This document shows positions 61,734 through 64,000 of a stretch of 64,000 nt of DNA, one piece after another. The translations under genes were made by a program, and so were the position numbers. The DNA lies in assembly GCA_963777035.1 (NCBI GenBank), contig CAVZPJ010000002.1, positions 194,418 through 258,417 on the forward strand. The letters are read 5' to 3'. The notes below the pieces were generated by a model, which saw only the letters and a list, made by a program, of their open reading frames with translations, searched no databases and was not told the origin of the DNA. This DNA comes from an uncultured Acidobacteriaceae bacterium. Lineage in GTDB: Bacteria > Acidobacteriota > Terriglobia > Terriglobales > Acidobacteriaceae. The number at the start of each line of letters is the position of its first letter. Positions within the stretch are counted from its first letter, which is position 1.

Positions 61734-62422
61734 TAGGCGGGACCTATCGTCAGGTAAAACCGCGGCCAGAAAGTAGAGGTGCGCACCGCATGATTTCGCA
61801 GTCTGCCTGTTGTGTTGGCAGGTTGTCAAATTGGACAGGGTTCGAAATCAGCAATATGGGACTGGAGTGGCTCTAAGTCGCGGAAGGGAAACTGGACAGA
61901 AGAACCAGAAAAAAGGTAAAGGCTGTGACATTGGTTATGCTCTAGCTGCCAGCTCCTGCGAGGGAGCCAAACAGCGTGGAGACATGTACCGTCACAGCCC
62001 TTGATGCGATCACCGCTTTCGCGGTCCCAGACCCCAACTGCCCCTCGCAGAGCCGTCGGTTTTTTCAGGTCCGGCTGCGTGTCGGGTTGCCCCGCTACGC
62101 TGATCACTCAGCCTAGTTCGGACTGGCAAAATTTTATTTCCGCCAACCCTTTCAGCCGTCGACGTGAGCAACCTTAGAGATTTGCTTGAAGATTGTCAAC
62201 GCCCCTTTTCGGTGCAATCGACACATTGAAACTCACCAAAACGCTTGGCCGCAACCCATTGAGTAGTTGCTGCTTAATGAACGGGAGATTAATTTTTTCC
62301 CATTTTTGCACAAAAACTTCCACAGTGCATCGCAATGCGCTGGCAACTGAAAGTAGCGAGTCGGAACCAAATAAACATCTTGACGTTGGAAAGAACGTCA
62401 AGCATGTTGATAGAAGAGCAGT

Positions 62423-62872
62423 ATGCAGCGTTCGATTCCGGCACTATCGAGTCTGGTAGCGTATATCGACGGCGGTTCACTCGGAAATCCGGGGTCATCG
62501 GGCATTGGCGTGGTAATCGACGGGTCTGGCGCTGGCACCATCAAAATTGCGCGATGGATCGGGTGCCAGGACAATAATGTCGCCGAGTACGTTGCGCTGC
62601 TGGAGGCGTTGCAATACGCCCTCGGGCTCAACGCCAAGGCGCTCCATGTGTTTTCAGATTCCGAAGTGGTGGTTCGGCAGATGAGCGGCGACTACCGGTG
62701 CCGCAGCCCGCGACTCTATTCCCTGAATTGGATCTGCCGAAAGCTGGCACGCTCGCTCCATTTCTCGATATCGCACGTTCGCCGCGAAAACAACCGTGAA
62801 GCCAATCGTCTGGCCACTTCTGCCGCCCGTGTTGGGGCAGGGAAACGCGCACGGCTTCAGTCATCTCACTAA
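62423..62872 (+). CDS. RNase HI-like protein (DGGSxGNPG type)
   Basis: Contains YIDGGSLGNPGSSGIG, NNVAEYVALLEAL, FSDSEVVVRQ and ENNREANRLA. By eye, the position of the last catalytic Asp appears to read Asn. Confidence 0.7.
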   Translation: MQRSIPALSSLVAYIDGGSLGNPGSSGIGVVIDGSGAGTIKIARWIGCQDNNVAEYVALLEALQYALGLNAKALHVFSDSEVVVRQMSGDYRCRSPRLYSLNWICRKLARSLHFSISHVRRENNREANRLATSAARVGAGKRARLQSSH

Positions 62873-62929
62873 ATTAGAACCGTTTCCCGCGGCCCTCGCG
62901 AGGAGTGCTGATTCTCGCAGCGTAGAGCG

Positions 62930-63175
62930 CGCAGCCGCCCAAGAACACATAGCCCCAGCGGCTAAAGTGGCTGCGGAAAAAGTGTTCTCCCATCGCAGCA
63001 ATCCCTCAGCGGCTAAAAGCCGCTATTGATTTTGCGAGTTACGGCACGGCTGAAGCCGTGCCCTTTCAAAGCAAATTCAAACTGACCCGCTACCCAAAAT
63101 TCAAGCTGAAGGCGTGCCCTTTCAAAGCAAATTCAAACTGACCTACTACCCAAAAATCAAGAGACTGGCGCCCGC
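62930..63175. repeat. REP-like cluster including a ~62-bp tandem duplication
   Basis: Contains a module shared with 38160-38230, then the hairpin cggcacggctgaagccgtgcc. The unit gccctttcaaagcaaattcaaactgacc..tacccaaaa.tcaag occurs twice. Confidence 0.8.
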
Positions 63176-63233
63176 TGAGTGATCGGAGTATATTGCGGTG
63201 GCCAGAAAACACGGTACCCGGACTACAACTGCC

Positions 63234-64000
63234 ATGAATGCCCAACCACTACCCACTGAACCGATTCCCTCCACAGTCCAATTCAATGCACCCTTGACGC
63301 GAAATCAAGTACGCGGTTTCTGGGCGTCATGGGGAGGCTGGACTCTCGACGGCATGGATTCCGTTATCTATGCGCTGGTGTTGGTGCCGTCGCTGAGAGA
63401 GCTGCTACCACGTTCCGGAATTGCGGCGACCAAGGGAAACATCGGGTACTATGGCGGCCTTCTGTTTGCTCTCTTTCTAATTGGATGGGGCCTGGCTTTT
63501 CTGTGGGGGCCAATCGGAGACAGGTTCGGGCGCGTTCGTACTCTGATGCTTACGGTTCTGTGGTACTCCGCGTTTACATTGCTGAGCGCCTTCGCGGTGA
63601 ACGTGTGGCAGTTGGCCATTCTGCGCCTGCTGGCGGGTATCGGCATTGGCGGCGAGTGGGCGATGGGCGGCACTTTTGTGGCGGAAGAATGGCCCGAGAA
63701 TCGGCGCATCGCTGGTGCCGGATTCATGCATACCGGATACTACGTCGGATTTTTGCTGGCATCGTTGGCGAATTACACCATCGGCAGTCACTTTGGATGG
63801 CGCGCCATGTTTGCCTTCGGCGGATTGCCCGCCCTGTTGCTGGCGTGGGTCCGCTACGGTGTGACCGAGCCGACGCGCTGGGTGCAGAAAGAAAAGGTGG
63901 TTCATAGCTTGGCCTGGTGGCGCCCGCTGGTCGCACTGTTTAGTCCAACTCTGCGCCGGCGCACAATTTTGAATTCGTTGTTTATGCTGGTCTCGATCTG
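63234..64000 (+). CDS. MFS transporter, 3' end outside the window
   Basis: Absent from the ORF track because there is no stop in the window. My translation reads MNAQPLPTEP...WASWGGWTLDGMDSVIYALVLVPSL...LWGPIGDRFGRVRTLMLTVL...LLAGIGIGGEWAMGGTFVAEEWPE.., with an MFS loop 2-3 motif (GDRFGR). Confidence 0.7.
   Translation, partial: MNAQPLPTEPIPSTVQFNAPLTRNQVRGFWASWGGWTLDGMDSVIYALVLVPSLRELLPRSGIAATKGNIGYYGGLLFALFLIGWGLAFLWGPIGDRFGRVRTLMLTVLWYSAFTLLSAFAVNVWQLAILRLLAGIGIGGEWAMGGTFVAEEWPENRRIAGAGFMHTGYYVGFLLASLANYTIGSHFGWRAMFAFGGLPALLLAWVRYGVTEPTRWVQKEKVVHSLAWWRPLVALFSPTLRRRTILNSLFMLVSI

Noticed and set aside
61836-61852. gggttcgaaatc resembling a tRNA/tmRNA T-loop.
   Set aside because: There is no complementary T-stem 3' strand, acceptor stem or CCA-proximal context on either side. 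I saw no tRNA-like cloverleaf anywhere in the window.
62064-62080. tcaggtccgg resembling the SRP RNA helix 8 motif.
   Set aside because: The following bases (ctgcgtgtcggg) do not match the conserved GGAAGGAAGCAGC, and no symmetric-loop partner strand is present.
62380-62410. TTGACG within the hairpin considered as a -35 box for the RNase HI-like gene.
   Set aside because: The hexamer 17 bp downstream (catgtt) is a poor -10, and promoter consensus for this phylum is uncertain. No promoter call is made.

Overview
This is 64 kb of a moderately GC-rich bacterial chromosome. The gene content and intergenic repeat families suggest Acidobacteriota: a CarboxypepD_reg-type TonB-dependent receptor, three TonB_C proteins, a giant BNR/Ig surface protein, and REP-like hairpins that translate as ..GTAEAVPFQ.. 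This assignment is inference only. I can support about 50 protein genes, mostly housekeeping or envelope functions: UDP-glucose dehydrogenase and UDP-glucuronate decarboxylase, proC, lhgO, an orphan nuoI, a two-piece metH, a GGDEF cyclase, ftsK, dcp, uppP, an ECF sigma with a soluble ZAS anti-sigma, slt, the ileS-lspA pair, murI, and an RNase HI-like gene. There are also two type II TA pairs (ParDE-like, VapBC-like) and a set of small secreted, Cys-rich or His-rich proteins of unknown function. Two genes run off the window edges and are missing from the ORF track: a prepilin gene at 1-429 (-) and an MFS transporter at 63234-64000 (+). I recognised no rRNA, tRNA, CRISPR array, transposase or integrase. 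Three sequence-level patterns stand out. (1) Short tandem duplications with 6-18 bp units are unusually dense, and many sit exactly on start or stop codons. (2) Several mosaic REP-like hairpin families occur in the intergenic regions. (3) Four genes are disrupted or have non-canonical reading frames: the giant propeller gene, vapC, the split metH, and murI, which lacks a canonical start and sits next to a DUF4242 remnant. I did not find a clear-cut new multi-gene system such as a defence island. The most promising leads for novelty are: a GAF-TonB fusion next to a TonB-dependent receptor; an A9 slippage tract at a transmembrane hairpin inside the giant surface protein; a Cys-rich two-gene operon; a 16-bp tandem array in a divergent promoter; a heptamer-built hairpin whose 13-nt motif also precedes a second gene; and a gene-free ~730 bp region with pseudoknot-like complementarity. 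All family assignments come from motif recognition by eye, and none has been checked against a database.
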